Shown one piece after another: positions 45,833 to 52,206 of a DNA stretch of 64,000 bases. Made by a program: the position numbers and the translations under genes. The DNA lies in the IMG/VR virus record IMGVR_UViG_3300028654_000384, positions 151,858-215,857 of that record. One strand, 5' to 3'. Under the pieces are notes generated by a model. The model worked only from the letters and a program-made list of their open reading frames with translations, did not search any database and was not told where the DNA came from. The stretch's first letter is position 1. Each line of letters begins with the position of its first letter.

Positions 45833-45882
45833 CGACTGCGATGACGAAGGTCATCACGATCATTGACAATCTGCGTTCCTAT

Positions 45883-45956
45883 TGCTCGATAGCCAAGTTG
45901 GTACGGCAGCGCACTGTTAATGCGCCCATGCGCAGGTTCGAATCCTGCTCGAGCAG
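45883..45956 (+). tRNA. trnN: tRNA-Asn(GTT)
   Basis: GCGCA-CTGTTAA-TGCGC; TTCGAAT; G73. Confidence 0.9.
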
Positions 45957-45957
45957 C

Positions 45958-46028
45958 TCGGGTATCATACAGTGGTAGTATGACTGACTCTGACTCAGTT
46001 CACGGACGTTCGAATCGTTCTACCCGAA
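45958..46028 (+). tRNA. trnQ: tRNA-Gln(CTG)
   Basis: ACTGA-CTCTGAC-TCAGT; TTCGAAT. Confidence 0.85.
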
Positions 46029-46029
46029 C

Positions 46030-46102
46030 GGGCTCGTAACTCAATTGGTAGAGTACTCGGTTCTTACCCGAGAAGTTGAAGGTTCGACTCCTTTCGGGCT
46101 CA
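46030..46102 (+). tRNA. trnK: tRNA-Lys(CTT)
   Basis: CTCGG-TTCTTAC-CCGAG; TTCGACT. Confidence 0.85.
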
Positions 46103-46103
46103 C

Positions 46104-46178
46104 CTCCTCGTAGTTCAGCGGAATTAGAACGTCGGCCTGCGAAGCCGAAGGCCGTGGGTTCGAGTCCCACCGAGGAGA
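46104..46178 (+). tRNA. trnR: tRNA-Arg(GCG)
   Basis: TCGGC-CTGCGAA-GCCGA; TTCGAGT. Confidence 0.9.
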
Positions 46179-46275
46179 CGTGGCACCAGTAACTCAGTGG
46201 GAGCAATCTCATACCCTTCCCTTGACGAAGGTGTAGGTGAACAAGTGCCACTGCATGTTGTATGATTCAACTCAC

Positions 46276-46345
46276 GGAGGAGTAGCTCAGTGTAGAGCAG
46301 TGCCTGTACCGGCACAGGTCGTAGGTTAAACTCCTGCCTCCTCCA
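46276..46345 (+). ncRNA. tRNA-like RNA with 6-nt anticodon loop (TGTACC) and TTAAACT T-loop
   Basis: Perfect acceptor GGAGGAG/CTCCTCC, D-arm GCTC/GAGC, stem GTGCC/GGCAC. Confidence 0.75.
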
Positions 46346-46351
46346 CGATAC

Positions 46352-46422
46352 GGGAGAGTAGCTCAGAGAAAGAGCAGTGCCCTTGCTGGCGCAGGTCGGT
46401 GGTTTAATTCCATCCTCTCCCA
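46352..46422 (+). ncRNA. tRNA-like RNA with 6-nt anticodon loop (CTTGCT) and TTTAATT T-loop
   Basis: Perfect acceptor GGGAGAG/CTCTCCC, D-arm GCTC/GAGC, stem GTGCC/GGCGC. Confidence 0.75.
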
Positions 46423-46443
46423 CCGTCACTTCACGTGACGCAT

Positions 46444-46519
46444 GCCCTCGTAGCTCAGTTTGCAGAGCGCCGTCGATTTTAGACGGAGGTCGGTGGTCCG
46501 ATTCCATCCGAGGGCTCCA
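46444..46519 (+). tRNA. Atypical tRNA, nominal anticodon TTT (Lys), lacking U33, T-loop TCCGATT, CCA encoded
   Basis: GCCCTCG/CGAGGGC; CCGTC-GATTTTA-GACGG. Confidence 0.6.
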
Positions 46520-46531
46520 CATTCAACACAC

Positions 46532-46603
46532 GGATTCAGAACTCGAGTGGCAGAGTTCCCGGCTTTTACCCGGGTAGTGACGGTTCGAGCCCGTCTGGAT
46601 CCA
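46532..46603 (+). tRNA. trnK: tRNA-Lys(TTT)
   Basis: CCCGG-CTTTTAC-CCGGG; TTCGAGC. Confidence 0.85.
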
Positions 46604-46679
46604 CGCAGACGAGTGACGCGGTTCACTGAAGCTTCATACGCTTCAAACGCCATGGTTCGACTCCGTGGGTCTGCAACCA
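46604..46679 (+). tRNA. tRNA with CAT anticodon (Met/Ile2/initiator-like), atypical
   Basis: GAAGC-TTCATAC-GCTTC; C1:A72 mismatch; 6-bp T-stem; CCA encoded; no GGG/CCC anticodon stem. Confidence 0.7.
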
Positions 46680-46683
46680 CTTT

Positions 46684-46756
46684 CACCCCGTAGATCAGCG
46701 GCAAGATCGCTTGCTCGACACGCAAGAGACCGTGGGTTCGAGTCCCACCGGGGTGA
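46684..46756 (+). tRNA. trnV: tRNA-Val(GAC)
   Basis: CTTGC-TCGACAC-GCAAG; TTCGAGT. Confidence 0.9.
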
Positions 46757-46886
46757 CGACGCGAATGAGCGTCAGTGTAAGTAACTAACAACAGTACACA
46801 TTGATATGGGTAGGTGAAAGCCGTCTCGGCCGGGACGATGAGTAACCACAGTACCTAAGCACTTCGGTGCTGGTGCAACCAAACAT

Positions 46887-46963
46887 GGGGCCAACAGGCG
46901 AGTCGCGCAGCAAAGCCAACATGGAAGCTGAGCGCACGGCGGGTTCGACTCCCGCTGGCTCCA
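46887..46963 (+). ncRNA. 77-nt RNA resembling the tRNA-like domain of tmRNA (no mRNA-like domain)
   Basis: GGGGCCA/TGGCTCC with G3.U70, A73, canonical T-arm GCGGG-TTCGACT-CCCGC, no D-stem, long helix in place of anticodon arm. Confidence 0.55.
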
Positions 46964-47031
46964 CGAGTGACACCTACTGGATATTGCTAGCATCAAAAGT
47001 GGTGTGACATCGGGGAGAGACCCGACAATTT

Positions 47032-47102
47032 GGGGCGTTGATCTACCGCGATGATTCCTGACCTGCAATCAGGCCGACCGGGTTGGATTCCCGGACGCTC
47101 CA
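47032..47102 (+). tRNA. trnA: Atypical tRNA-Ala(TGC)
   Basis: GGGGCGT/ACGCTCC with G3.U70; CCTGA-CCTGCAA-TCAGG (C33); T-loop TTGGATT. Confidence 0.7.
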
Positions 47103-47115
47103 CTCGTTGTGAATT

Positions 47116-47186
47116 GGTGATGTGCGCCACGGGAGGCGACTTCCCTGTCTAGGAAGCGTACGCGGGTTCGAATCCCGTCATCATCG
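47116..47186 (+). tRNA. trnD: tRNA-Asp(GTC)
   Basis: CTTCC-CTGTCTA-GGAAG; TTCGAAT; G73. Confidence 0.85.
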
Positions 47187-47187
47187 C

Positions 47188-47262
47188 AGGGGTATCATTC
47201 AGCGGCTAGGATGTCCGCCTCCAAAACGGATCACCTCGGTTCGAGTCCGAGTGCCCCTGCCA
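47188..47262 (+). tRNA. trnW: tRNA-Trp(CCA)
   Basis: CTCCAAA loop; TTCGAGT; G73 plus encoded CCA. Confidence 0.85.
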
Positions 47263-47272
47263 CTTTTCTCAC

Positions 47273-47340
47273 GTCACTGCTTCGGCGGCCGAAGTGAACC
47301 ATGGGCACATCGCGCGCACGTTCGAGTCGTGCCGGTGACA
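47273..47340 (+). pseudogene. Degenerate tRNA (acceptor and T-arm intact, anticodon arm unpaired)
   Basis: GTCACTG/CGGTGAC; GCACG-TTCGAGT-CGTGC. Confidence 0.5.
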
Positions 47341-47369
47341 CACATAAATAGGAACGCAGGTTATCACAC

Positions 47370-47446
47370 TGGCCACTCGTCTAAAGGCAGGACCCCGCGC
47401 TTTGAACGCGGATGAAATGTGGGTTCGACTCCTACGTGGCCAACCA
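47370..47446 (+). tRNA. trnQ: tRNA-Gln(TTG)
   Basis: TGGCCAC/GTGGCCA; CCGCG-CTTTGAA-CGCGG; CCA encoded. Confidence 0.85.
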
Positions 47447-47482
47447 GTGTAACTCCCCTTCAACCCATGTTAGGGTAAGACC

Positions 47483-47797
47483 ATGGACTCGTCTGTACCC
47501 TACCGCGTCGGCGACATCGTCTCCATGACGGGCCCTTTCGGCGCTGACAGCGGGGCATTCGACGGTATCCTGTGGCGCGTGGTCATGATCAAGGAGATCA
47601 CCAAGCACGCCCACAACCTCCGCATCGAATTCTGTTGGTGCGCGACGGGCAGCTCCAGCCTCAGGCCCAAGTGGATCGCGGCCTCACGCGTCAAGCAGCG
47701 CTTTGACTTCGTTCGGCTCGGGCAATTGCGGATGCAGCTCGATGACCTGTGTCGGCAGGCGTTGAATCGTGAAGTCGATCCCATCCCGTTCGGATGA
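47483..47797 (+). CDS. SH3-like hypothetical protein
   Basis: YRVGDIV..WRVVMI. Confidence 0.6.
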   Translation: MDSSVPYRVGDIVSMTGPFGADSGAFDGILWRVVMIKEITKHAHNLRIEFCWCATGSSSLRPKWIAASRVKQRFDFVRLGQLRMQLDDLCRQALNREVDPIPFG

Positions 47798-47851
47798 AAG
47801 CCTGTGCCCTTGACCACGTTCAGGAGTGAACTCGTGGGTCGGAAGGTGGGT

Positions 47852-47957
47852 AACTACCTGCACGTGGGTTGGTTATCCTAGGGCGGTCTGTGGGTGGTCA
47901 GGAATTACACTCGGGGTGTAACTCACGTCCTGAAGTCCGTGAGGACTGAAGCAATTT
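47852..47957 (+). repeat. AACTACCT-N16-TCCTAGGGCGG element, palindrome copy 5 (47902..47924) and inverted copy of 14449..14504
   Basis: Direct sequence comparison. Confidence 0.85.
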
Positions 47958-47964
47958 GGTAGCA

Positions 47965-48000
47965 GTGCAAGTCACCCCATGACCGTGGTAGGATTAGATC
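47965..48000 (+). promoter_or_regulatory. Phage consensus promoter, leaderless
   Basis: TGCAAG-17-TAGGAT-TAGATC-ATG. Confidence 0.8.
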
Positions 48001-48249
48001 ATGGCAATCAAAGCACTCAAGTACAAGCGCGAAATCCGCAAGCCCAACGGCATGACCATCGTTCACAACGGCTGGTGCACCACGCTGCCAGACTCCGCAG
48101 AGGAGATGCGTCAGCTCATCAGGCAGGGGCCCAACAGTGGGGGCAACGTCTTCTGCCGTGGGACGGGTGACGACTACATCCTCAACAATCCGTGTGTCGT
48201 CAGGTACTACCTTGACGGAAAGTTCGTCAGGGCATTCACCTGCAAGTGA
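48001..48249 (+). CDS. Hypothetical protein, leaderless cassette
   Basis: ORF at promoter ATG. Confidence 0.7.
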   Translation: MAIKALKYKREIRKPNGMTIVHNGWCTTLPDSAEEMRQLIRQGPNSGGNVFCRGTGDDYILNNPCVVRYYLDGKFVRAFTCK

Positions 48250-48251
48250 CG

Positions 48252-48287
48252 GTGTAAGTCGCTGTCGATTCCTGATAGGATCAGATC
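48252..48287 (+). promoter_or_regulatory. Phage consensus promoter, leaderless
   Basis: TGTAAG-17-TAGGAT-CAGATC-ATG. Confidence 0.75.
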
Positions 48288-48497
48288 ATGATCACCGTCA
48301 ACCGAGATAAGCTCAAGAGCCTGCTGTACACGCCCCCTCCCGCTCCCGTGGGCTTCAATAGGCCACCGCCGAGCTACAAGGGTTACGGAGCGTGGCTCGA
48401 CTACAAGTCGGAGTTGCAGGACGCAGTCGATGAGCTGCTCGAGCAAGGCCTGACCGAGCAAGAAGCCGCGCGGGCCTGCAACCAGCTGTTGTCGTAG
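48288..48497 (+). CDS. Hypothetical protein, leaderless cassette
   Basis: ORF at promoter ATG. Confidence 0.7.
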   Translation: MITVNRDKLKSLLYTPPPAPVGFNRPPPSYKGYGAWLDYKSELQDAVDELLEQGLTEQEAARACNQLLS

Positions 48498-48501
48498 ACG
48501 A

Positions 48502-48537
48502 GTGCAAGTCTTCACCCGTTCGTGGTACAGTTAGATC
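48502..48537 (+). promoter_or_regulatory. Phage consensus promoter, leaderless
   Basis: TGCAAG-17-TACAGT-TAGATC-ATG. Confidence 0.8.
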
Positions 48538-48690
48538 ATGGTGAAGTTCAACGTCACGGTGATCGATCGCGGTGAACAACGCATCGTCGAGGTCATGACG
48601 GCCAAGACGGAAGCAATTGTCCGTCGGTCGTTCCGTCGCCTGCAGAAGCAGCACGGCCGCGAGAACGCGGTGCTCGTTGGCCCAGTGTAA
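48538..48690 (+). CDS. 50-aa hypothetical protein (below ORF-track cutoff)
   Basis: MVKFNVTVIDRGEQRIVEV...; stop is the GTG-TAA of the next promoter. Confidence 0.65.
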   Translation: MVKFNVTVIDRGEQRIVEVMTAKTEAIVRRSFRRLQKQHGRENAVLVGPV

Positions 48691-48720
48691 GTTCCACTTC
48701 GATCCTGGTACAGTTAGATC
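48685..48720 (+). promoter_or_regulatory. Phage consensus promoter, leaderless
   Basis: TGTAAG-17-TACAGT-TAGATC-ATG. Confidence 0.8.
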
Positions 48721-49116
48721 ATGGCCACCAAGCGAACCCCAAAGCGGTCCCCTCTAGTTCAAGCGGCTCTCACCCACCTCAAGACGACGGCCGACTACAA
48801 GGACGGCATCCCGAGGAGCTACATGCGCGGTGATGCCGAGAGCGGCGCCACCGAGTACGCCCTGCTCGCCTACGTCGAGGAGTTGGAGAAGCGTCCCAAG
48901 AAGGCGACGAAGAAGGCGACCTCACCTGACCTTCGTGATGCAGTCATCACCCGCATGCGAGACATGCTCCGTGAGGTGCAGGCGCTCCACTTTCACCGGC
49001 CCGACGCCGACGCGATGCAGTTCTGTGTAGGTTGTGGCGGTAACCCAAACCACACGCCACAACACGATGATGACTGCATCGTCGTCCGCCTTGCCCACCT
49101 CCTCGATGAGGTCTGA
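48721..49116 (+). CDS. Hypothetical protein with C-terminal CxxC/H/C Zn motif
   Basis: FCVGCG..HDDDC. Confidence 0.7.
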   Translation: MATKRTPKRSPLVQAALTHLKTTADYKDGIPRSYMRGDAESGATEYALLAYVEELEKRPKKATKKATSPDLRDAVITRMRDMLREVQALHFHRPDADAMQFCVGCGGNPNHTPQHDDDCIVVRLAHLLDEV

Positions 49117-49142
49117 AAGCCGACGCTTGCAGAGGTCTAACG

Positions 49143-49178
49143 GTGCAAGGTCACTGACGATCGTGGTACAGTTGTTCT
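49143..49178 (+). promoter_or_regulatory. Phage promoter
   Basis: TGCAAG-17-TACAGT. Confidence 0.7.
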
Positions 49179-49183
49179 AGAGG

Positions 49184-49444
49184 TTGACTCCGGTGCCCGA
49201 AGAAGAATTCACCAGCCATCGTTGTCCCACCTGCGGGGGTGTCAGTCACCCGGCATCGGGGTGTGCTTACACGCCCACCTTCATAGTCTGCGGCCCTTGC
49301 ACTCGCGAGGCGTGGAAATGGATCATCGAGATGACGGCATCGAAAGGTCGTCGCAAGGGCCGCCCGGCCTTCTACGACCATGTCAACCGCATCAGCGCAC
49401 CCATCGAAGTGAACGTTGAAGAAGCAGAGGTGCCACATGAATGA
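49184..49444 (+). CDS. Zn-finger protein
   Basis: CPTC..C..CGPC; AGAGG before TTG start. Confidence 0.6.
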   Translation: MTPVPEEEFTSHRCPTCGGVSHPASGCAYTPTFIVCGPCTREAWKWIIEMTASKGRRKGRPAFYDHVNRISAPIEVNVEEAEVPHE

Positions 49445-49736
49445 GCGACCTGCAGAGTGCTACGTGCCCGTCGTTGAGGGCGAACGTTGGTACTACGCTA
49501 CGTACAACGTCGAGCTGGCATACCCGGCAGTGTTCTTCTACTTCTCGGAGTGTTCAACGGGTCACAATTTCACTATGAAGATGTCGATGACGTCGGCGGG
49601 TGAGATCGAGGTCGAGAAAGACCACGGGTGCGGCAATGAGTGCGGCTGCTCCACGATCTGCACCTACGTCCCCGTCGCCATCATGGCAGAATTCATGCGT
49701 CAGCACGGCTACACGATCGAAAAGAACGCACCATGA
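49437..49736 (+). CDS. Cys-rich hypothetical protein
   Basis: HGCGNECGCSTIC; ATGA coupling. Confidence 0.6.
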   Translation: MNERPAECYVPVVEGERWYYATYNVELAYPAVFFYFSECSTGHNFTMKMSMTSAGEIEVEKDHGCGNECGCSTICTYVPVAIMAEFMRQHGYTIEKNAP

Positions 49737-50005
49737 AGCCCGGCGACCTGATCGAGTGGTATTACTCAACGCCTAGCCTCAAGAGCATGCCAGTCGTCAA
49801 GCATGAAAGCATGTGGTCGACCGTGACGGAGAGGTGGGTGCCGATCGATGGGGTCTACACGCTAGTTAGCATCGCCGATGACATCATGACGTGGTTTCAC
49901 CCTAGCAAAGGTTTGGTGTCCGCGCGGACATATGACCATGAGTCAAGAGGCGTCTCCATCACACGAGGCTTCGTCAGGCCGCGGGTCTGTGATGTCACTT
50001 CGTGA
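49733..50005 (+). CDS. KPGDLIEW family protein (member E; decayed repeat-spacer-repeat tail)
   Basis: MKPGDLIEWYY..ESMWST..WVPIDG..TWF..KGLVSARTYD....GFVRPRVCD. Confidence 0.75.
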   Translation: MKPGDLIEWYYSTPSLKSMPVVKHESMWSTVTERWVPIDGVYTLVSIADDIMTWFHPSKGLVSARTYDHESRGVSITRGFVRPRVCDVTS

Positions 50006-50268
50006 AACCCGGCGATCTCATCGAGTGGGTGTACACGTCTGACAACAATGTCGTTGTCACGAATGAAGAGATATGGTCGTCGGTGATGAAGGAGTACGTC
50101 CTCATCGGCGGCGCTCACTTGCTAGTCTCTCATCGCGATGGAATTCTGTCGTGGCTACCCCTGGGTGTACGTCACGCGCGATTGCTCTACGCTAGCGACT
50201 TTCTAGCGACATGCGGGGGCCGCATGTCGCGGCACCTCGGTTGCTTCGCTCACGCGAGGATGATATGA
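50002..50268 (+). CDS. KPGDLIEW family protein (member F; repeat-spacer-repeat tail)
   Basis: MKPGDLIEWVY..EEIWSSV..IGGAHLLVSHRDGILSWL. Confidence 0.75.
   Translation: MKPGDLIEWVYTSDNNVVVTNEEIWSSVMKEYVLIGGAHLLVSHRDGILSWLPLGVRHARLLYASDFLATCGGRMSRHLGCFAHARMI
50180..50267 (+). CRISPR. Degenerate repeat - 30-nt spacer - repeat unit
   Basis: 50180..50208 degenerate; 50239..50267 GGTTGCTTCGCTCACGCGAGGATGATATG forms a 6-bp stem with 4-nt loop in the I-E register. Confidence 0.55.
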
Positions 50269-50528
50269 AACCCGGCGACCTGATCGAGTGGGTGTACACG
50301 GATGATGGTTCCCCCGCCGTGCCACGTGAGGAGTTGTGGTCATCGATCGAGAAACGTTGGGTGCTGGTCGGAGGCGCCCACCTGCTGATAGCACTAGCCG
50401 ACGGGATATTGACGTGGTTGCCTCTGCACGCATCCCATAAGGGGTTGCTCCACGCGCGCGAGGATGATACGATGAGCAACGACAACGGCCGCGCCTCGGG
50501 GGCGGTTGCTCCACGCGCGCGAGGATGA
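50265..50528 (+). CDS. KPGDLIEW family protein (member G), translated through CRISPR repeat1-spacer1-repeat2
   Basis: ...KGLLHAREDDT-MSNDNGRASGA-VAPRARG-stop. Confidence 0.75.
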   Translation: MKPGDLIEWVYTDDGSPAVPREELWSSIEKRWVLVGGAHLLIALADGILTWLPLHASHKGLLHAREDDTMSNDNGRASGAVAPRARG

Positions 50529-50593
50529 TACGGCTGCCGCTCTCAAATTTCACGCGAATGGCAGGGTTGCTCCACGCGCTCGAGGATGGCGCG
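50443..50593 (+). CRISPR. Type I-E-like CRISPR mini-array: 3 repeats (29 nt), 2 spacers (32 nt)
   Basis: Repeats at 50443, 50504 (identical) and 50565 (degenerate 3' end); 61-nt period; 18/29 ungapped identity to E. coli GTGTTCCCCGCGCCAGCGGGGATAAACCG. Confidence 0.75.
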
Positions 50594-50633
50594 CCAACCT
50601 GACTGAGTGTCGTTTCACGACGCCGCAGGCGGA

Positions 50634-50669
50634 GTGTAAGGTACCCTGCAACTGGCATAGGATCTAATT
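50634..50669 (+). promoter_or_regulatory. Phage promoter with SD leader
   Basis: TGTAAG-17-TAGGAT; AAGGAG before ATG 50686. Confidence 0.7.
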
Positions 50670-50685
50670 CAAGGAGTCACATCTC

Positions 50686-50865
50686 ATGGCGACGATCAAC
50701 ATCAGTGACAAGCAGTTGGACACGTTGAAAGCGGTGCTCAACGCCAGTGATGACCTGTGTAGTTGTGTCATCGCTAGTGACATCGGGTCGATGAAGCGCG
50801 CTCTAACGCTGGCCGGCGCACTGTCCGAACTCAAACGCCAGGGTTTCCTCAAAGACGTGAAGTGA
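50686..50865 (+). CDS. 59-aa hypothetical protein
   Basis: AAGGAG SD; MATINISDKQLDTLK... Confidence 0.65.
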   Translation: MATINISDKQLDTLKAVLNASDDLCSCVIASDIGSMKRALTLAGALSELKRQGFLKDVK

Positions 50866-51094
50866 GCCACAAGACCTGTACACCGCCCACTGGGTGGTTA
50901 CATTGGTCTTAATTGGTTGGGCCGTCGGCACAACAGCTTCAATTACCCATCATGGGTCACAGTGTCACAACAAGGACGAGGTCATAGTGCAGAAGAGCCA
51001 GAAGAATTCTCGGTTCACAGCATCTAGTGGTGTACGTACGCGGCAGCAAGTCATTTCCCAACCCGAGGTCGTCAGCGCAGACGTCCTTGGTACC

Positions 51095-51370
51095 ATGCTC
51101 GATGAAGATCTCATCGTGCGCCTTCGAGTGCTCGATGAAGCGTGTCGGACGGCGACGTCGTCGGGCATTGACACTCGACCGTGGGAAGAGGAGATTGCCT
51201 ACGTCAAGCGTGAGCAGCACCTCCGGCGCGCGCGCCGTGAACAGCACTTGATCTACGCTCGCAAGATCGAGCAGGAGTTCAACGATTCCGAGCGCGGGTT
51301 GCCTGCGGGTGACTTTGACAACTCGGCATTCGTCTACGCGGCATCGGGCGGTCGTCCGAGGTGGAACTGA
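51095..51370 (+). CDS. Helical hypothetical protein coupled to sigma gene; start uncertain
   Basis: TGATG overlap with sigma ATG. Confidence 0.6.
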   Translation: MLDEDLIVRLRVLDEACRTATSSGIDTRPWEEEIAYVKREQHLRRARREQHLIYARKIEQEFNDSERGLPAGDFDNSAFVYAASGGRPRWN

Positions 51371-52206
51371 TGACGATCGAAAATCGTACTGCGCACAACG
51401 TCGTCGGCACTTACCTCGACAACCTACAACACTTTTCACAGCTCAAACACCCGGAGCTCGTGGAGCTGTTCAAGTCCTACGAAGTCGGTTGCACCCGCGA
51501 TGAGACGGGTGAGGTCACCGATCGTACTCCCGAGGCCTTCAAGCTGCGCAACAAGATCTTGGAGTGCAACCTGCGACTGGTGGTGTCGATCGCCAAGCAG
51601 TACCGAGGTCACAACCTACCGATCGAAGACCTCATTCAAGAAGGCAACATCGGCCTGATGAAGGCAGTCGATCGGTTCAAGTGGGAGAAGGGCTTTCGCT
51701 TCTCGACCTACGCCACGTGGTGGATCAAGCAGGCCATTGGTCAGCACGTCCTCAAGCGCAAGCGGATGATTCGCTTGCCCGCTCACGCGGCGACGGTGCA
51801 GCGCAAGATGTTGCAGGCGGCCGAAGAGTACCGTGAAAGCAACAATTGCGAGCCCACGACTGAGGAGCTGATGGGCCTGACCGGCGCCAGCGCGACGGTG
51901 ATGAAGGCGACGATTCACTCGGGTCGTGGCACCATTTCGTTGCAGCAACCCCTGTCGTCGAGCGGCGAAGGCGACACTCTCGAGGACAAGGTCGAAGACG
52001 ATCGCCCGGGCTCGAATCCATTCGAGAACGTGGCCGAGAAGCAATTGCTCGAGATCACCAAGATGGTGCTCGGTGAGCTGTCGGCCAAGGAGGCGGCGAT
52101 CCTTCGCCTGCGCTTCGGCCTCGTCGAGGACGCGACTGATGACCAGTCGTATCCCATCACCGAGGAAGAGGCACGCCAAGTCATGGCGGGGAAAGGCCTG
52201 ACATGA
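51370..52206 (+). CDS. Phage sigma70-family (RpoD/group 1-3-like) sigma factor lacking region 4.2
   Basis: NLRLVVSIAKQY, DLIQEGNIGLMKAVDRF, GFRFSTYATWWIKQAI, IRLPAH, LSAKEAAILRLRFGL; ends before the RERIRQIE helix. Confidence 0.92.
   Translation: MTIENRTAHNVVGTYLDNLQHFSQLKHPELVELFKSYEVGCTRDETGEVTDRTPEAFKLRNKILECNLRLVVSIAKQYRGHNLPIEDLIQEGNIGLMKAVDRFKWEKGFRFSTYATWWIKQAIGQHVLKRKRMIRLPAHAATVQRKMLQAAEEYRESNNCEPTTEELMGLTGASATVMKATIHSGRGTISLQQPLSSSGEGDTLEDKVEDDRPGSNPFENVAEKQLLEITKMVLGELSAKEAAILRLRFGLVEDATDDQSYPITEEEARQVMAGKGLT

Noticed and set aside
46181-46250. Possible extra tRNA (TGGCAC/GTGCCA ends, D-arm-like AACTCAGTGGGAGC)
   Set aside because: No T-arm or anticodon stem can be drawn.
50443-50593. 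Complete phage-encoded CRISPR-Cas system
   Set aside because: No ORF in the window resembles Cas1, Cas2, Cas3, Cas5, Cas6, Cas7 or a class 2 effector; only repeats are supported.
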